Below are positions 47,160 through 58,156 of a stretch of DNA of 64,000 bases, in pieces (within the stretch, counting starts at the first letter, position 1; each line of letters opens with the position of its first letter). The stretch is from assembly GCF_048403405.1 (NCBI RefSeq), contig NZ_CP183129.1. One strand, written 5' to 3'. The notes under the pieces are model-generated. The model saw nothing but the letters and a program-made list of their open reading frames with translations, searched no databases and was not told the DNA's origin. The translations under genes were made by a program, and so were the position numbers. This DNA comes from Escherichia coli (GTDB taxonomy: Bacteria > Pseudomonadota > Gammaproteobacteria > Enterobacterales > Enterobacteriaceae).

Positions 47160-48245
47160 TTAACGCAAAATAATTTTGCAAATCGCGTCGGCAACCTGTG
47201 GCGTGGTGGCATTGCCTTTCATATCAGGTGTTTTCGGCCCGTGAGCAATCACTTCTTCAATCGCGGCCAGAATACCGTTATGCGCTTGCTGGAAACGCTC
47301 ATCGCCATTGCCGAGAAAATCGAGCATCATTGCACCGGCCCAAATTGTGGCGATAGGGTTAGCAATGTTTTTCCCGTAGATATCCGGCGCGGAACCGTGG
47401 ACTGGCTCGAAGAGCGACGGGAAAGTGCGTTCCGGATTCAGGTTGGCGGATGGGGCAATGCCAATGGTGCCGGTGCAGGCCGGGCCAAGATCGGAAAGGA
47501 TATCGCCAAACAAATTGGACGCCACTACCACATCGAAGCGTTCCGGCTGCATCACAAAACGCGCGCAGAGAATATCAATATGCTGCTTGTCCCAGCAGAT
47601 CTCCGGGTAATTCTCGGCCATTGCTTCCACTCGCTCATCCCAGTACGGCATGCTGATGGCTAAACCGTTCGATTTAGTGGCAGAAGTTAGCGTCTTACGT
47701 GGGCGGCTTTGCGCAAGTTCGAAGGCATAACGCAAAATGCGATCGACACCACGACGCGTAAATACCGATTCCTGAATGACGACTTCATGCTCTGTACCTT
47801 CATTCACTCTGCCGCCGAGCGAGGAATATTCGCCTTCGGTGTTTTCCCTGACCACGTAAAAATCGATGTCGCCAGGCTGTTTTCCCGCCAGCGGGCAGGG
47901 AACGCCAGGAAAGAGACGAACCGGGCGCAGGTTGACGTACTGGTCGAATTCACGACGAAATTTCAGCAGCGAACCCCACAACGAAATATGGTCCGGAACG
48001 GTGTCCGGCCAGCCGACGGCACCAAAATAGATGGCGTCGAAACGGCTAAGTTGCTCATGCCAGTCGTCCGGCATCATTTTACCGTGATGGCTGTAATACT
48101 CGCAGCTCGCCCACTCCATTTGCTCAAAACTCAAGGCGAAGCCCCAGCGCTCAGCGGCAGCCTGTAACACGCGAATCCCTTCAGGAAGGACTTCTTTGCC
48201 AATCCCGTCTCCCGGGATCGCAGCAATACGCATCGTTTTCATCAT
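47160..48245 (-). CDS. dmlA: D-malate dehydrogenase (decarboxylating) / tartrate dehydrogenase family
   Basis: 361-aa ORF, isocitrate/isopropylmalate dehydrogenase fold. Confidence 0.9.
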   Translation of the reverse strand: MMKTMRIAAIPGDGIGKEVLPEGIRVLQAAAERWGFALSFEQMEWASCEYYSHHGKMMPDDWHEQLSRFDAIYFGAVGWPDTVPDHISLWGSLLKFRREFDQYVNLRPVRLFPGVPCPLAGKQPGDIDFYVVRENTEGEYSSLGGRVNEGTEHEVVIQESVFTRRGVDRILRYAFELAQSRPRKTLTSATKSNGLAISMPYWDERVEAMAENYPEICWDKQHIDILCARFVMQPERFDVVVASNLFGDILSDLGPACTGTIGIAPSANLNPERTFPSLFEPVHGSAPDIYGKNIANPIATIWAGAMMLDFLGNGDERFQQAHNGILAAIEEVIAHGPKTPDMKGNATTPQVADAICKIILR

Positions 48246-48347
48246 TGGGTTCTCACTTCCTGACCATCAAAATTGACAACATCACCATCCTATAATTGAC
48301 TGAAAAGGAATTAATCCCTGTAACTGGTGAAACATAAAACACGAATC

Positions 48348-49271
48348 ATGAATAATTTACCGCTGCTGAACGATTTGCGCGTCTTTATGCTGGTGGCTCG
48401 CCGGGCTGGTTTTGCCGCCGTGGCGGAAGAACTGGGCGTTTCTCCAGCGTTCGTCAGCAAGCGCATCGCCTTGCTGGAGCAAACGCTAAACGTGGTGTTG
48501 TTACACCGCACCACCCGCCGTGTCACCATTACCGAAGAAGGAGAGCGGATTTATGAATGGGCGCAGCGGATTTTGCAGGATGTCGGTCAAATGATGGACG
48601 AACTTTCTGACGTGCGTCAGGTGCCGCAGGGGATGCTGCGTATTATCAGCAGCTTTGGTTTTGGACGACAGGTGGTGGCCCCGGCGTTATCAGCGCTGGC
48701 GAAGGCGTATCCGCAACTGGAATTACGTTTTGATGTGGAAGACCGGTTGGTCGATTTGGTCAATGAAGGTGTCGATCTCGATATTCGCATTGGCGATGAT
48801 ATCGCCCCTAATTTAATCGCCCGCAAACTGGCGACCAATTATCGCATTCTCTGCGCGTCACCGGAATTTATTGCGCAACATGGCGCGCCGAAACATTTAA
48901 CCGATCTTTCTGCATTGCCGTGCCTGGTCATTAAAGAGCGCGATCATCCTTTTGGTGTCTGGCAATTACGCAATAAAGAAGGCCACCATGCGATTAAAGT
49001 TACCGGCCCACTGTCGTCTAATCATGGAGAAATTGTCCATCAGTGGTGTCTTGATGGGCAGGGGATTGCTCTGCGCTCCTGGTGGGATGTTAGCGAAAAT
49101 ATTGCCAGTGGTCATTTAGTGCAGTTGCTACCGGAATATTACCAGCCAGCGAATGTCTGGGCCGTTTATGTTTCAAGGCTGGCGACGTCAGCGAAAGTGC
49201 GGATAACGGTAGAATTTTTACGCCAGTATTTTGCCGAGCACTACCCGAATTTTTCACTGGAGCATGCCTGA
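48348..49271 (+). CDS. dmlR: LysR-family regulator DmlR (YeaT), divergent from dmlA
   Basis: ORF 48327-49271; start at MNNLPLLNDLRVF... giving 307 aa; N-terminal HTH. Confidence 0.9.
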   Translation: MNNLPLLNDLRVFMLVARRAGFAAVAEELGVSPAFVSKRIALLEQTLNVVLLHRTTRRVTITEEGERIYEWAQRILQDVGQMMDELSDVRQVPQGMLRIISSFGFGRQVVAPALSALAKAYPQLELRFDVEDRLVDLVNEGVDLDIRIGDDIAPNLIARKLATNYRILCASPEFIAQHGAPKHLTDLSALPCLVIKERDHPFGVWQLRNKEGHHAIKVTGPLSSNHGEIVHQWCLDGQGIALRSWWDVSENIASGHLVQLLPEYYQPANVWAVYVSRLATSAKVRITVEFLRQYFAEHYPNFSLEHA

Positions 49272-49328
49272 TTAATGATTCAATTATCGGGTTGATATCG
49301 GGTTAAAACCTGATTTTCTCCTTTCTAA

Positions 49329-50036
<708 letters not shown>

Positions 50037-50208
50037 TGCTTTCAGCCCGCGTTGTCGCGGGCTTCCCATCTGTAATCCTCCCTGATTCTTCTCTGATATG
50101 GTGCTAAAAAGTAACCAATAAATGGTATTTAAAATGCAAATTATCAGGCGTACCCTGAAACGGCTGGAATAAACCATTTTCAGCGCATTCACCGAAGGAG
50201 GGAAAAGG

Positions 50209-50568
50209 ATGCTGCAAATCCCACAGAATTATATTCATACGCGCTCAACGCCTTTCTGGAATAAACAAACTGCGCCTGCCGGAATATTCGAGCGTCATCT
50301 TGATAAAGGAACGCGCCCGGGAGTTTACCCACGCCTTTCCGTTATGCATGGGGCGGTCAAATATCTCGGCTACCCTGATGAACACAGTGCAGAGCCTGAT
50401 CAGGTGATCCTTATCGAAGCGGGGCAGTTTGCGGTGTTCCCTCCAGAAAAGTGGCACAACATTGAAGCCATGACTGACGATACTTATTTCAACATTGACT
50501 TCTTCGTTGCCCCTGAAGTCCTGATGGAAGGTGCGCAACAACGGAAAGTCATTCATAACGGGAAATGA
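50209..50568 (+). CDS. yeaR: DUF1971 protein YeaR
   Basis: 119-aa ORF followed after 3 nt by yoaG. Confidence 0.85.
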   Translation: MLQIPQNYIHTRSTPFWNKQTAPAGIFERHLDKGTRPGVYPRLSVMHGAVKYLGYPDEHSAEPDQVILIEAGQFAVFPPEKWHNIEAMTDDTYFNIDFFVAPEVLMEGAQQRKVIHNGK

Positions 50569-50571
50569 ATC

Positions 50572-50754
50572 ATGGGCAAAGCAACGTATACCGTGACCGT
50601 CACCAATAACAGCAATGGCGTTTCTGTCGATTATGAAACAGAGACGCCGATGACTTTGCTGGTGCCAGAAGTGGCGGCTGAAGTGATAAAAGATCTGGTG
50701 AATACCGTGCGTTCTTATGACACGGAAAACGAACATGATGTTTGTGGTTGGTAA
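50572..50754 (+). CDS. yoaG: DUF1869 protein YoaG
   Basis: 60-aa ORF MGKATYTVTVTNNSNGVSVDYETETPMTLLVPEVAAEVIKDLVNTVRSYDTENEHDVCGW. Confidence 0.85.
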   Translation: MGKATYTVTVTNNSNGVSVDYETETPMTLLVPEVAAEVIKDLVNTVRSYDTENEHDVCGW

Positions 50755-50901
50755 TTATCACTGATCGTTGATGGCGCAATTTCTGCGCCATCGCAAAAAA
50801 ATCCTCCGTGATGCTCGTCACAAATCTTGCCCTCCCGATGTTGTGCTATGCTTTTTATCAGCGACTAACCCGCTAATGCAAAACAGATAAGTGAGGAAAC
50901 A

Positions 50902-51150
50902 ATGGGCATTCTGTCATGGATTATTTTTGGGCTTATTGCCGGTATTCTGGCGAAGTGGATCATGCCAGGTAAAGATGGTGGTGGATTCTTTATGACTATC
51001 CTGCTGGGGATAGTCGGTGCCGTAGTCGGCGGATGGATCAGCACGCTGTTTGGCTTTGGTAAAGTCGATGGCTTCAATTTTGGCAGCTTCGTGGTTGCCG
51101 TTATTGGCGCGATTGTCGTGCTGTTTATCTACAGAAAGATTAAAAGTTAA
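50902..51150 (+). CDS. yeaQ: GlsB/YeaQ/YmgE-family small membrane protein
   Basis: 82-aa Gly-rich ORF with two transmembrane helices. Confidence 0.9.
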   Translation: MGILSWIIFGLIAGILAKWIMPGKDGGGFFMTILLGIVGAVVGGWISTLFGFGKVDGFNFGSFVVAVIGAIVVLFIYRKIKS

Positions 51151-51208
51151 CGCGTAAATTGCACAAAGGCTGCACACAGGCAGCCTTTGCTATTTTCTAG
51201 ATGTGACG

Positions 51209-51283
51209 TTACCACCATCCCAGCTCAGTGCCGAGTACGACAATAATCGCCACACCCATCATAATAATCGTTGTTTTTTTCAT
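51209..51283 (-). CDS. yoaJ: Small membrane protein YoaJ (24 aa)
   Basis: Minus-strand ORF MKKTTIIMMGVAIIVVLGTELGWW. Confidence 0.6.
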   Translation of the reverse strand: MKKTTIIMMGVAIIVVLGTELGWW

Positions 51284-51285
51284 CT

Positions 51286-51384
51286 TTATGCTCCCGGGGC
51301 AGCATAGCCGCCAATAAAAAACCATGCTAAAAATACGACCGCTGTAATAAAGATTACAACCGGAAAAATAATACCGATTCGCAT
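51286..51384 (-). CDS. yoaK: Small membrane protein YoaK (32 aa)
   Basis: Minus-strand ORF MRIGIIFPVVIFITAVVFLAWFFIGGYAAPGA, adjacent to yoaJ. Confidence 0.6.
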   Translation of the reverse strand: MRIGIIFPVVIFITAVVFLAWFFIGGYAAPGA

Positions 51385-51416
51385 GTTATCACCAATCAAA
51401 AGGATGTGAATACGCC

Positions 51417-52442
51417 TCAGGAATGTAGCGCTGGATGCGCGACAAAAGGTGTTTTCTGTTTGCGTTTTTTCTCCTGATACATCGCGATATCGGCAGCATG
51501 CAGGGCACTGTCTGCATCGGTCGTTTCAGGATCGACTTCTACTATGCCAAGACTGGCACCGGGATAATACAAATCAACATCACCTAAGTGATATTCTCCG
51601 CATATTTGCTGCTGAATACGTTCTCGCAGAGACGAAATATCCGCATTCTCGTTGTTCAGTGAAACAACCAAAAACTCATCACCGCCGAGACGACCAATAA
51701 CTTCGCCATTTTGCTGGAGCGTATTAAGGCGCTCGCCAACCTGAATGAGGAACAAATCACCACTATTATGACCAAAACGATCGTTGATTAATTTGAAGTT
51801 ATCCAGATCGATAAACGCGATCATTATCTTATGGTTAAGATGTCGGGCGAGAGAAAACAGCGTCGTCAGGTTTTCAAAAATCGCCCGCCGATTCGGTAGC
51901 CCGGTTAACGAGTCGGTATACGATTGCGCAATCAGCGCAGCATTGGCTTCGCGCAGCTGTTCAACCAGTGCCTCTTTTTGAATATATTGTGCAATCAGTC
52001 CGGCGAATAACTGTAAAACCTGTTCCGCGCGTTCACTCCACTGGCGCTTCTCACTACTGGCGGCGCAAAGCGTGCCATAGAATGATCCATCCGGTAAGTG
52101 AATTGGCGTGCTCAGAAATGTGGTGATGCCAAGATTGCGTGCCGCAATACAGTCGCCCCAACGGTCAGGGACTTCATCGCTGAAAAAGCAGTTTTCATCA
52201 ATGGCGCGTTTGCATAACGAGTAATCCCACGAGACGGTAAAATTCTCCGGGATGTGCATTTTCTGGCTGTTACGGGCAAACATAATATGCTGCAGGCGCG
52301 CTTCGACATCCACTTTGGTCAGGTAGGTTGATTCCATATCAGTGACCATTTCCAGCATCTCCAGAAGCTGTCGGACCAGACTTTCCAGTGACTGTTCTTT
52401 GGCAAGGGATTGCGAGACGCGGGCGATAATCTGATCTGACAC
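51417..52442 (-). CDS. dgcP: Diguanylate cyclase DgcP (GAF-GGDEF)
   Basis: ORF 51417-52571; GTG start at 52442 gives 341 aa; GGDEF motif (RLGGDEF). Confidence 0.85.
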   Translation of the reverse strand: MSDQIIARVSQSLAKEQSLESLVRQLLEMLEMVTDMESTYLTKVDVEARLQHIMFARNSQKMHIPENFTVSWDYSLCKRAIDENCFFSDEVPDRWGDCIAARNLGITTFLSTPIHLPDGSFYGTLCAASSEKRQWSERAEQVLQLFAGLIAQYIQKEALVEQLREANAALIAQSYTDSLTGLPNRRAIFENLTTLFSLARHLNHKIMIAFIDLDNFKLINDRFGHNSGDLFLIQVGERLNTLQQNGEVIGRLGGDEFLVVSLNNENADISSLRERIQQQICGEYHLGDVDLYYPGASLGIVEVDPETTDADSALHAADIAMYQEKKRKQKTPFVAHPALHS

Positions 52443-52624
52443 GAAACAACTCCAGGATACGGCGGGTAAATGCTGATTATTTAATCTTTGCAGGCATGAT
52501 AAAACATCATCAACGAAGATGAAACAAGGCGTAATATGATTTGAGTGAATGTAATAAAAATAGTGCTGCAAAACAAAACGATACCGCGATACTCTAAGTC
52601 TGGATAAATATGTGAGATCAATAA

Positions 52625-52879
52625 ATGAAAATTATCAGTTTTGTTCTGCCTTGCTTGCTGGTCCTGGCTGGTTGTTCAACCCCTTCTCAGCCAGAAGCAC
52701 CCAAACCGCCGCAGATTGGTATGGCAAATCCGGCGTCGGTCTATTGCCAGCAGAAGGGCGGGACGCTCATTCCAGTGCAGACAGCGCAAGGGGTCAGCAA
52801 CAATTGCAAATTACCGGGCGGTGAAACGATTGATGAATGGGCATTGTGGCGACGGGACCATCCGGCTGGTGAAAAATAA
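52625..52879 (+). CDS. yoaF: Lipoprotein YoaF (DUF333)
   Basis: 84-aa ORF with lipobox LAGC. Confidence 0.85.
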   Translation: MKIISFVLPCLLVLAGCSTPSQPEAPKPPQIGMANPASVYCQQKGGTLIPVQTAQGVSNNCKLPGGETIDEWALWRRDHPAGEK

Positions 52880-52900
52880 CCGCCGGATGCTGTACTAAAA

Positions 52901-53248
52901 TCACAAGCTACGTAGCCAGTCGGCCAGCACCAGCGCATGGTTCTGCGTGGTGTTTTTTGCTGAGTAGAGCAGGGTCAGCGGCTGTTTTTTGGCGATGTCC
53001 GCCAGCCGCTTTCCTTCTTGCTCATGTTGCGCCAGTTCTGCAAGATATTGCTCGCGAAAGGTTGCAAAATCGACGACTTCGCCGTGAAAGGCTTTGCGCA
53101 GTTCCGTTGACGGCGTGATTTCTTTATCCCACTCATCAAGGGCTAAATCGGTTTTTTTGATACCACGCGGCCAGAGGCGGTCGACCAGTACGCGATAACC
53201 ATCGCTCTGTTCTGCCGGATCATAAACGCGTTTGCACTGAATATTCAT
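52901..53248 (-). CDS. yeaO: DUF488 protein YeaO
   Basis: ORF 52901-53269; start at MNIQCKRVYDP... giving 115 aa. Confidence 0.8.
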   Translation of the reverse strand: MNIQCKRVYDPAEQSDGYRVLVDRLWPRGIKKTDLALDEWDKEITPSTELRKAFHGEVVDFATFREQYLAELAQHEQEGKRLADIAKKQPLTLLYSAKNTTQNHALVLADWLRSL

Positions 53249-53302
53249 CGTGTTTGTTCTCCCTTCCACGCATGATTGGTCACGTCACTATAGCACCGGA
53301 TA

Positions 53303-54484
53303 TTAGCGAATTTCTTTGTCTCTCCCGGCGCAAAGTCCGAAAATCGCCATCAGTAGTGAAAGTATGGCAACACCCATCAATGGTATGGACCAGTCACCGT
53401 TAGTATCGTGTATTTTACCCATCAGCGGCGGCCCACAGGCTGCCAGCAAATACCCGACGGATTGTGCCATCCCCGAGAGTGCCGCCGCCTGATGCGCAGA
53501 ACTTGCCCGAAGACCAATGAACGTCAACCCCAGTATCATTGTTGCGCCGGAACCAAAACCGAAAAGCAGAGTCCAGGTGATCGCGTGCGCTGGCATAAAG
53601 CAGAGCCCAACCGCGCCCACTGCGCACATCAAGGCAACGAACGCTGCAACACCACGCTGATCTTTCACATGATGTAAGAAAAGTGGGATCAGCAAACCGG
53701 GAGCTGCTGTGGCTAGTTGCAGCAAACCATGCAGTGAACCCGCCTGTGCTTCGCTATAGCCGTGGCTGATGAGGATCGCCGGAAGCCAGCCAATAATCAC
53801 GTAATAGACCAGTGAGTTGATCCCAAGAAACAATGTTACCTGCCAGGCAAGCGGCGAACGCCAGATACCCCGAGTATGTAAGGCGCGTGAGGTACTCAAA
53901 TTTGCATGTTGTTGACTTCGCCACTGTGGCAGCCATAAAAAAAGAGCCAGCAGAGGAAAAGACATCAGCATGAGCAACGCGCCTTGCCAGCCAAAACCGT
54001 TCAAAGCCAGCGGCACGACCATAGCCGATCCCAGTGCCGCTGCAGCTCCCATTGTCAGGGAATATGCGCCGGTAAGTCTGGCGACGGAATGAGGGAAATC
54101 GCGTTTAATTAATCCTGGCAGTAAGACATTGCCTAATGCAATCCCACCGCCAATGACCGCTGTACCGCCAAATAAGAAGTAAGGCGAAGGGAGAGAGCGA
54201 ATTGCGATGCCAGCACAGATCAAAAGTAACGCGGCAAACAGGCTACGTTCCATACCAAAACGTCGCGCCACCGGGGCAGCCAGAGGTGAGATTAGCGCAA
54301 AGGCTAATAATGGCAGGGTGGTCAATAAGCCGGTTTGCGCCGTCGTCAGCGAGTAAGCGGAACGAATCGTATCCAGTAACGGTGCTGCGCCGGTAAAGGT
54401 GACGCGTAATGTTGTGGCAATCATTAAAATGCCAGCGATAAGGACAATCCTGTTTTTGCCGCTTAATGAAGTTGAACAGGTCAT
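53303..54484 (-). CDS. nimT: MFS transporter NimT (YeaN)
   Basis: 393-aa polytopic ORF divergent from the AraC-type regulator gene. Confidence 0.85.
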   Translation of the reverse strand: MTCSTSLSGKNRIVLIAGILMIATTLRVTFTGAAPLLDTIRSAYSLTTAQTGLLTTLPLLAFALISPLAAPVARRFGMERSLFAALLLICAGIAIRSLPSPYFLFGGTAVIGGGIALGNVLLPGLIKRDFPHSVARLTGAYSLTMGAAAALGSAMVVPLALNGFGWQGALLMLMSFPLLALFLWLPQWRSQQHANLSTSRALHTRGIWRSPLAWQVTLFLGINSLVYYVIIGWLPAILISHGYSEAQAGSLHGLLQLATAAPGLLIPLFLHHVKDQRGVAAFVALMCAVGAVGLCFMPAHAITWTLLFGFGSGATMILGLTFIGLRASSAHQAAALSGMAQSVGYLLAACGPPLMGKIHDTNGDWSIPLMGVAILSLLMAIFGLCAGRDKEIR

Positions 54485-54580
54485 ATGCTTCTCATTGTTA
54501 CAAACGAGGCTGTACCTTACCGTTTTTATTGTTATGTTGAATCAAGCTAAAATGACAAATTATCGCTAAATTCGGACAAA

Positions 54581-55402
54581 ATGATGCACAGGTTGAATCT
54601 CAATGGCTATGAACCCGACCGACACCATGAAGCCGCGGTCGCATTTTGTATTCACGCCGGAACGGATGAGTTAACCAGTCCTGTACATCAGCACCGCAAA
54701 GGACAGCTGATACTGGCGCTACATGGTGCAATTACCTGTACGGTGGAAAATGCTTTGTGGATGGTGCCACCGCAATATGCGGTTTGGATACCGGGCGGAG
54801 TGGAACATAGCAATCAAGTGACAGCTAACGCTGAACTCTGTTTTCTGTTTATCGAACCCAGCGCAGTGACAATGCCGACAACCTGTTGCACATTGAAAAT
54901 ATCGCCCTTATGCCGGGAATTAATTTTAACCCTGGCAAACAGGACGTCGACTCAGCGTGCTGAGCCGATGACCCGCAGATTAATTCAGGTCCTGTTTGAT
55001 GAACTCCCTCAGCAGCCACAACAACAGCTGCACCTACCCGTTTCTTCTCATCCTAAAATTCGCGCGATGGTGGAGATGATGGCGAAAGAGCCCGTCGAGT
55101 GGGGGTCATTGGGGCAATGGGCTCGCTTTTTTGCGATGAGTGAACGCAATCTTGCCCGACTGATAGTGAAAGAGACGGGGTTGAGTTTTCGCCAGTGGCG
55201 TCAGCAGTTACAGCTGATTATGGCGCTTCAGGGATTAGTGAAAGGCGATACTGTACAGAAAGTTGCTCATACGCTGGGGTATGATTCAACAACGGCCTTT
55301 ATTACTATGTTTAAGAAAGGCCTGGGGCAAACGCCAGGCCGATATATTGCGGGATTAACTACTGTTTCCCCACAATCAGCGAAACCAGACCCGCGGCAAT
55401 AA
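54581..55402 (+). CDS. nimR: AraC-family transcriptional regulator NimR (YeaM)
   Basis: 273-aa ORF with cupin-like N-terminus and C-terminal AraC HTH. Confidence 0.85.
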
Positions 55403-55805
55403 GCGGGCCAACCGGTACGCCGCGAAACAGCGCCACGCCCAAAACAGTGCCCACCAGCAGCCCGGCGACCAGTTGCGGCTGGCTGCCCATTAACGTCACG
55501 CCGCGCCCACCTAGCCAGGAGACAATAACGCCTACTGCAATTGCCACCAGCGATTTCCAGTTCAGAAACGAGTGAATCAGGGTTGAGGGCGGTAGCGTCC
55601 CGCTGGCGATGGGGGCCATAACGCCAATCGTCAGAATGATTATCCCGATACTTAGCCCCTGTTTTTCAATCCACGGGAAAAAGGTGCTTAACGGTGTGAC
55701 GCGGACAATGATTAACACCAGAATTGAAACGGCGACAGTGGTGTTATGACTGATAAAGCCCAGCGCAGCTAACCCGAGCAGGATCAGCAAAGTGACATCA
55801 AACAT
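55359..55805 (-). CDS. yeaL: UPF0756 inner membrane protein YeaL
   Basis: 148-aa hydrophobic ORF. Confidence 0.85.
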
Positions 55806-55974
55806 CGTGGTTTCCTTGCCAAAAAATAATAAGCCTGCTTACTTTACGCTTGCTGCAGGAAGGAAGTAGAAAATCTTTACGTTTTTTGCATAAAAAATCA
55901 GGCGAACTGTCATCAAACTGCAATTTGTGCACGCTAACAATAACGTGAAAACAGCTATCTCCCGGGGGCATACT

Positions 55975-56079
55975 ATGAACGATCAAATGTTCGTCGAGAC
56001 ACTGATTATCACGTCATCGTTTTTTGCCATTGCTGTTGTGCTGGTTTTGTCCGTTCTTCTTATCGAACGGACAGGCTAG
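55975..56079 (+). CDS. yoaI: Small membrane protein YoaI (34 aa)
   Basis: [37 protein letters not shown]. Confidence 0.6.
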   Translation: MNDQMFVETLIITSSFFAIAVVLVLSVLLIERTG

Positions 56080-56583
56080 TTACGCAGTGCGGCGGAAATT
56101 GACCAGTTCTGGTTGCGCAATGCGCAAATAATCCGCGGTTTTCAAAATAACGGATTTATCCAGCATGCCTGCATTGAAGGCGATTTCATCAAATCGTTCG
56201 AAGAGTAGGGGATCGGCAACCAGTTTGAGTTTTGGATGGAAGCTGAAAGGGGGGATCGCGCCGAAGACACAGCCTGTGAGTTCATCGACTTCCGCCGGGC
56301 TGGCCAACGAAGCGCGTAATCCGCCTATATGGCTGGCGAGTTGGCTCAGATCGGCCTGTTGATCGGCAGCGAGGATCGCCAGAACATGTTGATTTACACC
56401 ATTGCCTTTGACTTTACATACCAGTGCCTTAGCCCCCTGGCCTAAAGCGGTGCCACGAATTTCTGACACCGCTTCACATTTACCTACCGCTTCATGGGTA
56501 ACGACGCGGAAGTCAGCACCTTCTTGTGATAATAAAGCGATTAACCGCTGATGCGTCATGCTTCCTTTAGCCATTTCAGTCAT
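56080..56583 (-). CDS. yeaK: YbaK/ProX-type aminoacyl-tRNA deacylase YeaK
   Basis: 167-aa ORF in the conserved position. Confidence 0.85.
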   Translation of the reverse strand: MTEMAKGSMTHQRLIALLSQEGADFRVVTHEAVGKCEAVSEIRGTALGQGAKALVCKVKGNGVNQHVLAILAADQQADLSQLASHIGGLRASLASPAEVDELTGCVFGAIPPFSFHPKLKLVADPLLFERFDEIAFNAGMLDKSVILKTADYLRIAQPELVNFRRTA

Positions 56584-56625
56584 TTCATGCTCCTGAGATT
56601 ACAAGCAAACAACCACAGAAGGTTA

Positions 56626-57976
56626 TCATGAACGGCTGTTTTTGTTCTGCTTATTGACATATAAACGCTCATCGGAAGCTTTATACGCATCATGTAACGT
56701 ATCGTTTTCTTTCATCGCGTAAATACCGGAAGAGAAGCCGATCTCTTTCTGCGGCGCGATATGTTGCAGACGTTTTTCGATACGTTCAGGCAGTTGTGCT
56801 GCAATTTGCGGCGTCGAATCGACTAGAATGATGCAGAATTCATCGCCACCGAGTCGGATGGCATAATCACTTTTACGAATCGACTGTTTAATCGCCTGAG
56901 CTAATAACGTAATCGCTAAATCCCCCTCCTGATGACCGAGGGTGTCATTTATTTGCTTTAACTTGTCCATGTCAATTGCAATAAACATCACCGAAGAACC
57001 GGATTGCACCAGTTTTTGCAACCGCTGCTCCAGTTCAGGGGTTAAAATTTTGCGATTATACAGTCCTGTCATCGCATCACTAATATTTTCTCGCGACACA
57101 TTTTGGTATAAACGGAAGTGCATCCGCACCATATTCAGCAAAATTAACGCCGTCAAAATCCAGAACAGAACGCTTTTCCACGAAGACGTGATAAAGTAAA
57201 GAATATCAATGGATAACGAGACACGAATGCCGCCCGGTAAGTCATGGACGTAACTGACATACTGGAACAGATTATCTTCGCTCTGGTTGATGATAATGTC
57301 GCGCCCCGAATCGGTATCGGTTAGCGTGACATTGAGAAAACGCCAGAGGAGAGGGCGGTCATGAGTGTAAAAGATATTCCGCAGATTGTTTTTGTTAATA
57401 TCCAGCAGCACAATCCCTTTTAGCTGCCCTGCGACATATACCGGCGTCAGCAAACTCATCACGTTCTGTTTAGTACGCTGATCCTGGTAAATGCTCGATA
57501 AAACGGTACGCCCGGTAAATACCTTTTCAATATCTTTGCGATCGATGCCAATACTTCCTGACTGCAGGAAAGACCAGTTATTCATCGCAAAGTACTCAAC
57601 ATTAACCGGCTCATAAAAATAGACATAGCGGTCATTGAGATCGAGATAATAGTGAAATTTCTCGTCGGCCATCCCAAGACCTGAACCGTAATCATCCTGG
57701 TGGCGGTTGCCTTCCACTGCCTGATCAAAAGCGGGTAATAGTGCTGCAGCTTCCACAATTGTGTCGCAGTCAGTGGATGCGGTTTGTAGTGTGCCGCGTA
57801 AGCCAGGGTATTTATGGGCAGTCAGGTTTAAGCCATGGGTATTATTTGCAGACTCAAAAGCCTCGCAGATGGTGCGCCGCTGTTCTGGCGACAAGTTCAA
57901 AAATAAGGAAGGAAGATGTCAGCACAATGACACTTGCGGCGATAAAATGCCGGAGCATTCTATGGTGCAATTTCAT
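56626..57976 (-). pseudogene. dgcJ: Diguanylate cyclase DgcJ (YeaJ), disrupted: the N-terminal 30 codons are out of frame with the body, consistent with a ~140-bp internal deletion
   Basis: ATG at 57976 has a strong AAGGAG ribosome-binding site and encodes MKLHHRMLRHFIAASVIVLTSSFLIFELVA, then 11 out-of-frame codons and a stop at 57854. The GGDEF body (SPEQRR...RLGGDEF...) is in another frame with only an internal TTG at 57900. Confidence 0.65.
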
Positions 57977-58156
57977 GATAAATGGCACTCCTTCGGTTAG
58001 TGAAACGAGAAAACCAGATAAAGTTCGATTGCGGCCTGGCACAGGGGCGCTAATTATACTCATCTCTGCGCCGCTGGGGAGGGGAAATTTAGGGGTAATA
58101 GTAATAAATTGTATGCAAAAGCCACGCAAAAAGCATGGCTCTGAATATTTTTGCAC

